The notes below the pieces were generated by a model. The model did not search any database. It worked only from the letters and a program-made list of their open reading frames with translations, and had not been told where the DNA came from. From an uncultured Muribaculaceae bacterium (GTDB taxonomy: Bacteria > Bacteroidota > Bacteroidia > Bacteroidales > UBA932): a stretch of DNA of 64,000 nt. Positions 1 through 8,292 of the stretch are shown piece after piece (the first letter of the stretch is position 1; every line of letters begins with the position of its first letter). The DNA lies in NCBI GenBank assembly GCA_964479995.1, contig CAYZPF010000001.1:10948-74947 (forward strand), given 5' to 3'. Both the position numbers and the translations under genes were made by a program.

Positions 1-615
1 ATTATAGGTGGAGCAAAGATTTCATCTAAGATTACGATCATTGAAAAGCTTTTTGATGTTTGTGACAATATGATTATCGGCGGAGGAATGGTCTTTACCT
101 TTGTTAAAGCTCAAGGCGGTAAGATTGGCAATTCACTATGTGAAGATGACCAAATGGAACTGGCAAAATCAATTCTGGATAAGGCTAAAGCAAAAATGGT
201 AAATCTCTACTTCTCTAATGAGGTTGTTGTTGCAGATTCATTTAGTAATGATGCAAACACTATGGTATGCAAAGTGAATGATATTCCTGACGGATGGATG
301 GGAATGGATGCTGCTCCTAAGGCTATTAAAGAGTGGGAAGGTGTACTTCGCAGCTCCAAAACAGTTTTGTGGAATGGCCCTGCAGGCGTTTTTGAAATGG
401 AGAAGTTTGCTGCAGGAACTAAGGCAATTGCAACTATTCTTGCAGAGATAACCCCTACAGGGGTCTTTACCCTCGTAGGAGGCGGTGACTCTGTGGCAGC
501 AGTCACTCAGATGGGTTTTGCCGGCAAAGTAAGCTATGTATCTACAGGTGGCGGAGCAATGCTCGAATACCTTGAGGGCATTGAGCTCCCCGGAATTGCA
601 GCGATACGGAAATAA
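1..615 (+). CDS. pgk: Phosphoglycerate kinase (5'-truncated by window edge)
   Basis: Frame open from base 1 (IIGGAKISSKI); motifs IIGGGM, WNGPAGVFE, GGGDSVAAV, VSTGGGAMLEYLEG. Confidence 0.97.
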   Translation: MIGGAKISSKITIIEKLFDVCDNMIIGGGMVFTFVKAQGGKIGNSLCEDDQMELAKSILDKAKAKMVNLYFSNEVVVADSFSNDANTMVCKVNDIPDGWMGMDAAPKAIKEWEGVLRSSKTVLWNGPAGVFEMEKFAAGTKAIATILAEITPTGVFTLVGGGDSVAAVTQMGFAGKVSYVSTGGGAMLEYLEGIELPGIAAIRK

Positions 616-781
616 AAAACCGGATTGTCTCCAGGTATTCTTTTATCTGACCGCCGCCAGTCTCAAAGATTTTGGACACAACTCCATTTAGGAAATGTAA
701 TTTCTTACACAGAAAATCGACATAAAGTCAATTAACTATGTAAATAACAGCTATATTCGTAATATATAATATAAATAGCTT

Positions 782-931
782 ATGAATTCTCTACTTGACT
801 TTGGAATAATTCCAATAGATAACGCCTCGTTGAGTAGTGTTTATTCTTCTCATAAGTCGTTAAATGATAAAATTTCCGATTTAAAAAAGCAAGGTGCCAA
901 ATTTGACTCTGACAGAGTTGTTCTCAGTTAA
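782..931 (+). pseudogene. N-terminal fragment of an AbiEi-like (type IV TA) antitoxin
   Basis: 49-aa ORF MNSLLDFGIIPIDNASLSSVYSSHKSLNDKISDLKKQG resembles Bacteroidota AbiEi N-termini and breaks where IIRLKRGLY is expected; TATATTCG promoter-like box at 752-759. Confidence 0.55.
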
Positions 932-1014
932 TAATTATTTGATTCAATGTTGGATTGGCAGTTAATTGTGGTGGTGAGAACTACTTGAATCCTAAAAAAA
1001 TCATTATAGATCAC

Positions 1015-1269
1015 CTGATAATCAAAGGATTGAAAAAGCTTTTCCAAAGCAAATTCGGTGTAGCCGTAAATACCAGCCCGACACTCTGCTGAAGTTTCCC
1101 ATGTAGGTGGCCGGCAAACTACCGCTCTGCTGAAGTTTTCCATGTAGGTCGCCGACAAACTGCCGCTCTGCCAGAGTTTTTTAAAACGACTTGATTACCT
1201 GGTGATTAACCTTAAAAAATTAAAAAATCCGAACGCTTTAAAAAGTTAAAATACTGATAATCAAAGGAT
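1015..1269 (+). repeat. 16-bp direct repeat CTGATAATCAAAGGAT (two copies)
   Basis: Identical at 1015-1030 and 1254-1269, followed by TGAAAAA and GTGAAAAA respectively. Confidence 0.85.
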
Positions 1270-1315
1270 GTGAAAAAATTCTGCCAGAGTTCTGTGTGGA
1301 AAACTTTAGCAGAGT
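1083..1315. repeat. Segment bounded by 19-bp imperfect inverted repeats (MITE-like or invertible-like)
   Basis: ACTCTGCTGAAGTTTCCCA (1083-1101) vs TGGAAAACTTTAGCAGAGT (1297-1315); AC dinucleotide flanks both sides. Confidence 0.6.
1084..1180. repeat. 41-bp tandem repeat, 2 full units plus a partial third
   Basis: 1084-1124 CTCTGCTGAAGTTTCCCATGTAGGTGGCCGGCAAACTACCG; 1125-1165 CTCTGCTGAAGTTTTCCATGTAGGTCGCCGACAAACTGCCG; 1166 CTCTGCCAGAGTTTT. Confidence 0.9.
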
Positions 1316-1345
1316 ACGATACATTCTTCCCGGCAGGTGAAGTGA

Positions 1346-1451
1346 TTAACCCCATCTGGTGCTTTTACACCGGTTGGAGGAGTGACTCCGTAACAGCTGT
1401 AACACAGATGGGGTTTGCGTTGGAGATTAGTTATATTTATCGGGAGGTGGT
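1346..1451 (+). pseudogene. pgk: Degenerate second copy of the pgk 3' region
   Basis: Reads LTPSGAFTPVGG/DSVTAVTQMGFALEISYIY/GGG with two 1-nt gaps; aligns to pgk 448-555 (ITPTGVFTLVGGGDSVAAVTQMGFAGKVSYVSTGGG). Confidence 0.85.
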
Positions 1452-1481
1452 AATACATAACTAAATATTGGACAGTGTCTA

Positions 1482-1652
1482 TTAATTATTTAAATATCTT
1501 TTATACTGTCTGTCAATAACATTATTTACTCCCTCAATTTGTTTTTTATAATAGTCAATCTTTGATTGCTGATACTTTAATGCAGTTTTTTGTGGAAATA
1601 GTCTAACACCGATAATCATCCTCTCTAAAGCAATTCTATTTGCCTCATTAAG
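1482..1652 (-). pseudogene. Orphan C-terminal gene remnant fused out of frame to the M16 fragment
   Basis: [37 protein letters not shown], then one frameshift in an A7 run, then QIEGVNNVIDRQYKRYLNN*; family not recognised. Confidence 0.35.
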
Positions 1653-2124
1653 TTTCATTATCTATCTCCTTCTCCTTAAGCAAAAGCTCATTTGCCCAAT
1701 CATGAAGTATCAATAGGCAAGAATCGATAATACCTTCTCTTTTGACAGGTACAGCCGAAATGTTATAAACTGTCTGATCTATTGCAGTATAGGCATTAAG
1801 ATTTGCGCCAAATTTTACGCCAATTGTCTCTAAATAAGATATAATAGTGTTACCAGGAAAGTGTTTAGTGCCATTAAAAGCCATATGCTCTAAAAAGTGC
1901 GCTAAACCTCGTTGATTCTCCTCCTCAAGTATTGATCCTACTTTTTGGACAATATAGAACTCTGCTAATCCTTTTGGTTCAGAGTTCTCCATCACAAAAT
2001 ACGTTAACCCATTCTCTAATTTACCTGTTTTAATCTTCTCATACAGGGGTAATCTCTGTGGTCTTTGTGCCAGGAGTATCACTGGTACAAACAAACAGAT
2101 AATAGCTGTATATACTTTTCTCAT
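1648..2124 (-). pseudogene. Truncated M16 (PqqL-like) zinc peptidase, N-terminal 158 aa
   Basis: Signal peptide, [20 protein letters not shown] (HxxEH); ends EIDNET* where the paralog at 36400 continues ERGVIREE to about 935 aa. Confidence 0.88.
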
Positions 2125-2126
2125 TT

Positions 2127-3467
2127 TTATTTACTCTTTCTCTTTATTATTTCAATGATATTCTCATTAGTTATTATCCGCATACCATGCCTGTCATCCG
2201 ATATACCATCATCAAGCTTGTATGAGTATGTGGGTATATTCCCGTCCATCTCGGTAGGAAGGTATTTAAACTGTATATTGCTGTGCTCCTCTTTTAATGT
2301 CAAACCAGCCTCCATGATATGAGTTGATACAATAAAGGCACACTCTTTTATATCCGAGAAAGCTCCCGTAATAGCTACCGTAGCATCATACGCGTCCTTT
2401 ACGTTTGTTCCTTTAAAAAGTTCGTCAAACATAATTACGAGACTTTTACCCGATGCCGCTTCAACCGCGATTTTCTTTACCCTCACAACCTCTGCATAGA
2501 AGTGACTGTATCCCATATGTATATCGTCCGGTACATTAATGGAGGTATAGAGCCCTTGTCTAACCGAGAATATCATCGACTCTATAGGTGCGGGGAAGCC
2601 CATATGGGCTAAATAGAGAGAGACTCCAAAAGATTTCATAAGGGTTGACTTGCCTGCCATATTGGCTCCCGTGAGGAAAATAACATTAAGGTCATCTGCG
2701 AGATGTATGTCGTTGGAGATAGCATTTGTTATTGCCGGATGATACACACCCTTTATATCAATAACATGATTGTGGCTGCCGGTTGCAACGGCATAATTAA
2801 ATCCTCTCTCTCTTCCTATGGTTGAAACGGTAATGTAAAGATCCATTTCATATAGTATCTCCATTAATCTGTTTATTGGCTCTGAAAGCAGATACCTCAA
2901 CTTATAGTCATATAACGCCATTTTTAAGAAGCTAATATCTTCATCCTCATTTAGAAGATAAATCCAATCAAATCTCTTGCTATGCAGAGAAGTCAAGGCA
3001 TTTTTGATTTGGTTATTGTAGGGATTGACCATAACCTTGTCATTTGTACTCATAGCTGATATTTGCTTCTCCAACCTCTTGATGAATTTAACGGTATGGA
3101 GCAATCCTTGTTGATGAATATCAAATTCCTTGCTATTAGTCAACAACTTAAGCGCTTTCCTTTTTACATTGTGTGAAAAGGAGATTAAGAAGTTTTTATG
3201 ATCGGGGTTGCCAATATAAAACTCAACTATACCTAATTCCTCTTTTGAAAAAGTAAATTCGAACCTACTTTCCTGAAAAAGGTTAAGGATACTACTACGC
3301 TCATTTATCAATGTTTCATCGATAAAGGGGTTGTGGAACATGCGTTCAAGTAATATCTCACCTCCGCGCGTTACTGTGTGATTAAAAAGTGAAAAAATAG
3401 AATTACTTTTAAATTTCCCCAATAAGTTTAAATCTTCAAGCGTCTGTTTATCTATCTCAAACTTCAT
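2127..3467 (-). CDS. MutS-related ATPase (domain III-like plus domain V; no mismatch-binding domain)
   Basis: [33 protein letters not shown] at 3467 overlaps the upstream TGA (TGATG). Confidence 0.9.
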   Translation of the reverse strand: MKFEIDKQTLEDLNLLGKFKSNSIFSLFNHTVTRGGEILLERMFHNPFIDETLINERSSILNLFQESRFEFTFSKEELGIVEFYIGNPDHKNFLISFSHNVKRKALKLLTNSKEFDIHQQGLLHTVKFIKRLEKQISAMSTNDKVMVNPYNNQIKNALTSLHSKRFDWIYLLNEDEDISFLKMALYDYKLRYLLSEPINRLMEILYEMDLYITVSTIGRERGFNYAVATGSHNHVIDIKGVYHPAITNAISNDIHLADDLNVIFLTGANMAGKSTLMKSFGVSLYLAHMGFPAPIESMIFSVRQGLYTSINVPDDIHMGYSHFYAEVVRVKKIAVEAASGKSLVIMFDELFKGTNVKDAYDATVAITGAFSDIKECAFIVSTHIMEAGLTLKEEHSNIQFKYLPTEMDGNIPTYSYKLDDGISDDRHGMRIITNENIIEIIKRKSK

Positions 3468-4798
3468 CACTTTTTCCTGTTTTTCAAGATATCCAAAATA
3501 CCTTCATTGTTAATGATTATCATGCCATGCCTGTCAGAAGTGATACCCTCTGTAATGCGATATGTATATTTTGGTATTCCATTTTCCATAACAGTAGGTA
3601 AATTGACAAAATAGATGTTATCACAAAGAGATTTGAGAGTACTGCCTGCCTCAATAATGTGGGTAGAGATAATAAAGATGCAGTTTCGTTTGGTGGCAAA
3701 AGCTTCGGTTACGGCAATTGTCGCATCATAAGCGTCTTTAACATTAGTACCCCGAAAAAGCTCATCAAAAATGATAATAAATTTCTTGTCACCAAGAGAC
3801 TCTGCAACCTTCTTGACACGCATAACCTCGGAGTAAAAATGGCTGTAGCCAATATTAATGTTATCGGCAAGGTTTATAGTAGTAAACATACCATCTTGAA
3901 CAGAAAAAGAAAATTCAGAAGCGGGGACGGGAAAACCCATGTGAGCAAGGTAGATAGCAATACCAAAACTCTTCATAAAGGTCGATTTGCCCGCCATATT
4001 GGCTCCTGTAAGAAAAACAACATTGTTTTTACCGTCAATATTGATGCTATTAGGAACAGCCTTCTGCAGAAGAGGATGATAAATACCGTTCATCTCAAGC
4101 CTGTTGTCATCAACAGGAAGAGCCTTAGCGGCAACAAATCCCCTATTAGAAGATACAGAAGCAACAGAAATATAAACATCTAGATAGTAGATGTGTAAAA
4201 GAAGCTGTTTAAGTTCACTCCTGAGAGTATAGCGGTACTCTTGGTCATAGGAAGCTACCTTTGGATAAGCGTATTTCCTAAAGGTACTCTCATTAAGAGA
4301 TGACTGTAACCGTTCATGTGATAAAACATCTTTGATAGAATCAACTTCACTTTGATAAAAAGGAGAAATTTCAAATGTCTCTAATCTTTTAATGAAATTT
4401 TTAGTACTGCAAAGTATCTCAGTCATAGCCAAGACACCTTTGTGCAAAATTTCATATTCCGAATCGCTGCCCATAACACTCTTGAAACGGCGCTCAAGAG
4501 TGTATTCGTGAGCAGAAAGACGTGTCCTGTTGTCGGTATTGCTAAGATAAAACTCGACAGTATCGAAAAGATCACCTCTGAAAGGAAAAGAGATGTTAAT
4601 CTCCTGAAAAAAACGGATAATATTACTACGACGATTTATCTCAATCTCATCAGAGAGTGGATTCTTAAACATGCTTTCCAGCAGGAGAGAGCCGCCACTG
4701 GTTGCAGTCCTGTTGAAAAGACCGTAAACAGAGCGCTCCCTTAACCTACCAAAAATACCTAAGTCATTTATAGTCTGTCGATCAACTCTAAAACTCAT
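3467..4798 (-). CDS. MutS-related ATPase (paralog of the adjacent gene)
   Basis: [39 protein letters not shown]-terminus FNRTATSGGSLLLESMFKNPL is domain III-like. Confidence 0.9.
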   Translation of the reverse strand: MSFRVDRQTINDLGIFGRLRERSVYGLFNRTATSGGSLLLESMFKNPLSDEIEINRRSNIIRFFQEINISFPFRGDLFDTVEFYLSNTDNRTRLSAHEYTLERRFKSVMGSDSEYEILHKGVLAMTEILCSTKNFIKRLETFEISPFYQSEVDSIKDVLSHERLQSSLNESTFRKYAYPKVASYDQEYRYTLRSELKQLLLHIYYLDVYISVASVSSNRGFVAAKALPVDDNRLEMNGIYHPLLQKAVPNSINIDGKNNVVFLTGANMAGKSTFMKSFGIAIYLAHMGFPVPASEFSFSVQDGMFTTINLADNINIGYSHFYSEVMRVKKVAESLGDKKFIIIFDELFRGTNVKDAYDATIAVTEAFATKRNCIFIISTHIIEAGSTLKSLCDNIYFVNLPTVMENGIPKYTYRITEGITSDRHGMIIINNEGILDILKNRKK

Positions 4799-4817
4799 TA
4801 TAAAAACTATTTACAGA

Positions 4818-7139
4818 CTACCTGCCTCGTCTTCTAAGCCACATTAGTATATAAGAAACCAGCATAGCCAAAGGTATAAAACCAATTAACGACCATTTGG
4901 TGATGCGCATACCGGTAAGACCAACATAGACCTTTCTGTCGGTAAACGGAGGTCTTCTAACATCAATAGGAACTTCATCATCGGATAACCAGAAGAATGA
5001 GCCCATAATAAGATTATAATTTGAGGCTCTAATACCTTTTCTACTTCTATTCAACTCTCCATTACTAATGCAGTCGGCATCACCAACAACTATGATCTTC
5101 TGCTCTCTTTCCCCAACCTGTCTGCTTAGAGCTAACGCAACAGGAATAGATGCCTTGGCTACCTCCCCGGTCTCAGGATTAATCTTAACGGTATCGTCGA
5201 CAAAATTGGTGGTCTGCAATTCACTCCAGGTACCACCCGATGTGTCAGTAACGAAAAGCTCGGTAACATCAAAACCTTTGGATGCGCTATTCTCATAAGA
5301 GAGCGCAGCAGCACCGGGCATGGTGAGAACTTGTCTCCTACTAATCATATTCCTTAGCCAATACATCATTCTTCCTCCCTCTTTTGTAGGAATAGCTTGG
5401 ATCAAATCGGGAGAGAACTCCTCTGAAGGTTTAACCAATATGCCGGGTAAGAATTCTACGCCAAAACGAGATAATAAAGGATTAATAAACTCTCGCTTAC
5501 TAGCCTCTCCAGTTAAAATTAGATTACCACCTTTGTCAATATATTGATCAAAACTCTCCAATTCAATATCCGAAAGATTTTGTCTTGGTTCAGCTATTAC
5601 TAAGATGTCAATATTATCAGGCATACCTTTGTCCAATTCAATCTCCTCAAAATCAAATCCTTGGTTGATTAATGAATAACGGAAAGTCTTCTGTTGTGCA
5701 AGCATATTATAATCCCTATCACTCAGGCGGATACAATCTCTCTCGCCATGACCTTTTACAAAACCAACTTTTGGCAAATCCATAACCAAACGCTTAAATG
5801 CAGCAGAGATCTCTGCCTCGGAAGGGAAAATAGATATATCATCAAAAATCCTTAGAAATGTCTTCTGCCCATTCTCTCTTACCAAAGTTCGTACAAAACG
5901 GTTTCCTTCAGGTTCAAGATTTTCAATCTTTCTTATCTCCTCAGGACGCATAAAAAGATTACTGTCAACTCGATTAATCCTAGCATACTCAAGCATCCTC
6001 TCTCTGTCATTAAAGTCGGGATAGCGCCTATCTAAATTTTCATTATAATCTTTATCGCCACTTCTATCATAATAACGATAAAACTTCATCTTAATTTCAG
6101 GTTTAAAGCGTACATATTGCCTAAAGCGGTCAATGTCTTTAAGTTCATGTTTAGGAAAACCATAGGTATAGTGCCTGTCAAGAATGTTAGAAAAGGTATT
6201 GATGGTAAGCTTACCATCCATCTTAGCCACAATCTCTTGACTGTTTTGAGTTAAAGAATTAACTTTTCTTCTAGTGGAGTCATGATAAAACATCATCTTT
6301 GGACGGGAAGTGACATAACCAAGTCCAAAAGCTAAAATAAAAATTAAAGCATACCTACTGAAAGCTTTACTGAATGGCATTTTTTGTCTATTGGCCTTCA
6401 ATCTTAAAATCGAGAGCGCTAAGAATAAGATAATAACAATAATAAAATAGAGAAAATCTTCACTACAAATAAGACCATTAATAAACTCGCCTGCTCTTCC
6501 TTCTATTGAAAGCCACCAAGTTATATCTCTTACCAAAGCAATCTCTTGCCATAATCCCCCAACCATATTTAGAGCCGCTAAAATTATGAAGGTACCAATA
6601 GCTGCAACTATCTGATAAGAAGTTAAACTGGACATAAAAAGGCCGATAGCAGAATAGGTGAGAATTAGCAGAAAAATACCAAGTAATCCTGTTAATACAG
6701 CCGAAAAATCAAAATTCTGAATAGTAAACCCACCATAAAAGACAAAAATTAATAAAATGGCTATTAAACATAATGAATAAACAACCATTGATAAAAATTT
6801 ACCTAAAATTATCTGAGAATTAGTAACAGGAGAAGAATAAAGCTGTTTAATGGAACCACTACTCAACTCTCGGCTCATCAACCCCATGGTTAATAGAGGA
6901 ATATATAAATATAAGTGTTGTAGAATTTGTGGGAAAAAACCTCTATTTCTTAAACTAAATATAGAAAATGTAAGGTCATATAAGGAATGTCCCAAAGCCT
7001 GACTAGTTACGGCACCTCCGTAGATATTTGTAAATGTAATACTAGTCTGTATCGTAAACACAATAAGTGTAAGCCAGGCAATAGGAGAATAAAAGAGAGT
7101 TTGTAACTCTGTTTTTGCTATTTTAAAGATCATTTTCAT
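4818..7139 (-). CDS. GldF/GldG-like fused ABC-2 permease plus periplasmic auxiliary domain
   Basis: Multi-TM N-terminus (LFYSPIAW, LLTMGLMSRE, IILGKF), then GldG-type GFVKGHGER, YIDKGGNL, IIVVGDADCISN, and a C-terminal TM ending RRRGR. Confidence 0.88.
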   Translation of the reverse strand: MKMIFKIAKTELQTLFYSPIAWLTLIVFTIQTSITFTNIYGGAVTSQALGHSLYDLTFSIFSLRNRGFFPQILQHLYLYIPLLTMGLMSRELSSGSIKQLYSSPVTNSQIILGKFLSMVVYSLCLIAILLIFVFYGGFTIQNFDFSAVLTGLLGIFLLILTYSAIGLFMSSLTSYQIVAAIGTFIILAALNMVGGLWQEIALVRDITWWLSIEGRAGEFINGLICSEDFLYFIIVIILFLALSILRLKANRQKMPFSKAFSRYALIFILAFGLGYVTSRPKMMFYHDSTRRKVNSLTQNSQEIVAKMDGKLTINTFSNILDRHYTYGFPKHELKDIDRFRQYVRFKPEIKMKFYRYYDRSGDKDYNENLDRRYPDFNDRERMLEYARINRVDSNLFMRPEEIRKIENLEPEGNRFVRTLVRENGQKTFLRIFDDISIFPSEAEISAAFKRLVMDLPKVGFVKGHGERDCIRLSDRDYNMLAQQKTFRYSLINQGFDFEEIELDKGMPDNIDILVIAEPRQNLSDIELESFDQYIDKGGNLILTGEASKREFINPLLSRFGVEFLPGILVKPSEEFSPDLIQAIPTKEGGRMMYWLRNMISRRQVLTMPGAAALSYENSASKGFDVTELFVTDTSGGTWSELQTTNFVDDTVKINPETGEVAKASIPVALALSRQVGEREQKIIVVGDADCISNGELNRSRKGIRASNYNLIMGSFFWLSDDEVPIDVRRPPFTDRKVYVGLTGMRITKWSLIGFIPLAMLVSYILMWLRRRGR

Positions 7140-7151
7140 AATTAATTCGTA

Positions 7152-8078
7152 TTAATGGGCTGTTTTGGAAATTTCTGCAAAAATGGTGTCAAGAGAACTC
7201 TTCTCAAGACGAATCTCATTTAAACGCCATTTGTTGATAACACTGGCCTCAACAACTCTTTCAATAACATCTTGACTATCAGAGAACTTTAGTCTAAAAT
7301 TAGTTTTACTAAGCTCCTCAACACCAACAACACCGGGTATCTTTGATAATTCATCAACAGAGGGAGACTCTAAAAGAGAGACAAAGATGGAGTCAGGTGT
7401 TATATAGTTATCAAACTCGTCAACAGTACCGGAAAAAACCATACGACCCTCTTCAATCATTCTAATATGATTACAAATGGCTTGAACTTCGGAAAGAATG
7501 TGAGTAGAAAGAATAACAGTCCTCTCTTGAGCTATATCCTTAATTAAATTTCTAACCTCAACTATTTGATTGGGGTCAAGGCCATTAGTGGGTTCATCCA
7601 ATACAACCAGTTCAGGCTTGTGAATAATAGCTTGAGCTATACCAACACGCTGTTGATAGCCACCCGATAAATTGCGAATAAGACGCTTACGAAAATGAGT
7701 GATACCACACTCTCTCATAACATCCTCAACGGCAGAAGGAATTTTATTTTTAGAAAGACGCCTGATATTGGCACTATGAACTAAGTATTCTTCTAAAGTT
7801 AAGTCTAAATGAAGAGGAGGTTTTTGAGGTAAAAAACCTATAAGTTTCTTGGCATCAACAGGCTTATCTTTGATATTGATGCCTTTAATGAAAACATCAC
7901 CCTTAGTCTGTTTTAGTACACCACACATAATGTTCATTATAGTAGATTTACCGGCTCCGTTAGAGCCAAGCATACCATAAATCCCGCGATCAGTAATCTC
8001 CAGATCAACGTCTTTAACAGCCCATTGAACAGTATATTTATGTGAGAGATTGTTAATTCTTACAATTGGTTCCGACAT
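7152..8078 (-). CDS. ABC transporter ATP-binding protein (GldA/CcmA-like)
   Basis: GSNGAGKST, LSGGYQQR, LDEPTNGLDPNQI, LSTHILSEV. Confidence 0.95.
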   Translation of the reverse strand: MSEPIVRINNLSHKYTVQWAVKDVDLEITDRGIYGMLGSNGAGKSTIMNIMCGVLKQTKGDVFIKGINIKDKPVDAKKLIGFLPQKPPLHLDLTLEEYLVHSANIRRLSKNKIPSAVEDVMRECGITHFRKRLIRNLSGGYQQRVGIAQAIIHKPELVVLDEPTNGLDPNQIVEVRNLIKDIAQERTVILSTHILSEVQAICNHIRMIEEGRMVFSGTVDEFDNYITPDSIFVSLLESPSVDELSKIPGVVGVEELSKTNFRLKFSDSQDVIERVVEASVINKWRLNEIRLEKSSLDTIFAEISKTAH

Positions 8079-8241
8079 TATTTTATATTTTATGTTGATA
8101 TTTGAAATTTTCTAACAATTTAATTTTATCATTACATTACTTGATAAGTTTAAAAATAAAAATGACTAAATAGATGATATAATCTTGTGAGAAATATTAG
8201 CCAAAATTCTTATTTCATAATCTATTTTTGCTTTATCATCA

Positions 8242-8278
8242 TAACAAGAGAGGGAGGCATCAGTTCTACCTCCCCCTA
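8242..8278 (-). terminator. Stem-loop after the PKD lipoprotein gene
   Basis: Minus strand AGGGGGAGGTA-GAACTGA-TGCCTCCCTCT followed by CTTGTT (11-bp stem with G-U pairs, weak U tail). Confidence 0.6.
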
Positions 8279-8292
8279 TTTTAATAAAGAAT

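Noticed and set aside
645..660. ATCTGACCGCCGCCAG as a tRNA 3' end or att site
   Set aside because: No T-arm or cloverleaf, and I found no matching copy at the other island end.
1084..1180. Possible mini CRISPR array
   Set aside because: Units are near-identical over all 41 bp with no unique spacers, and no cas genes are present.
1102..1296. Invertible promoter between the 19-bp inverted repeats
   Set aside because: No TAnnTTTG box found on either strand inside, and no recombinase nearby.
928..1464. ORFs 928-1158 (-) and 1270-1464 (+) as real genes
   Set aside because: They are translations of the repeat block and the frameshifted pgk remnant.
2127..4798. Canonical mutS or mutS2, or one split mutS gene
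   Set aside because: Each ORF has its own full ATPase domain; both lack domain I and Smr.
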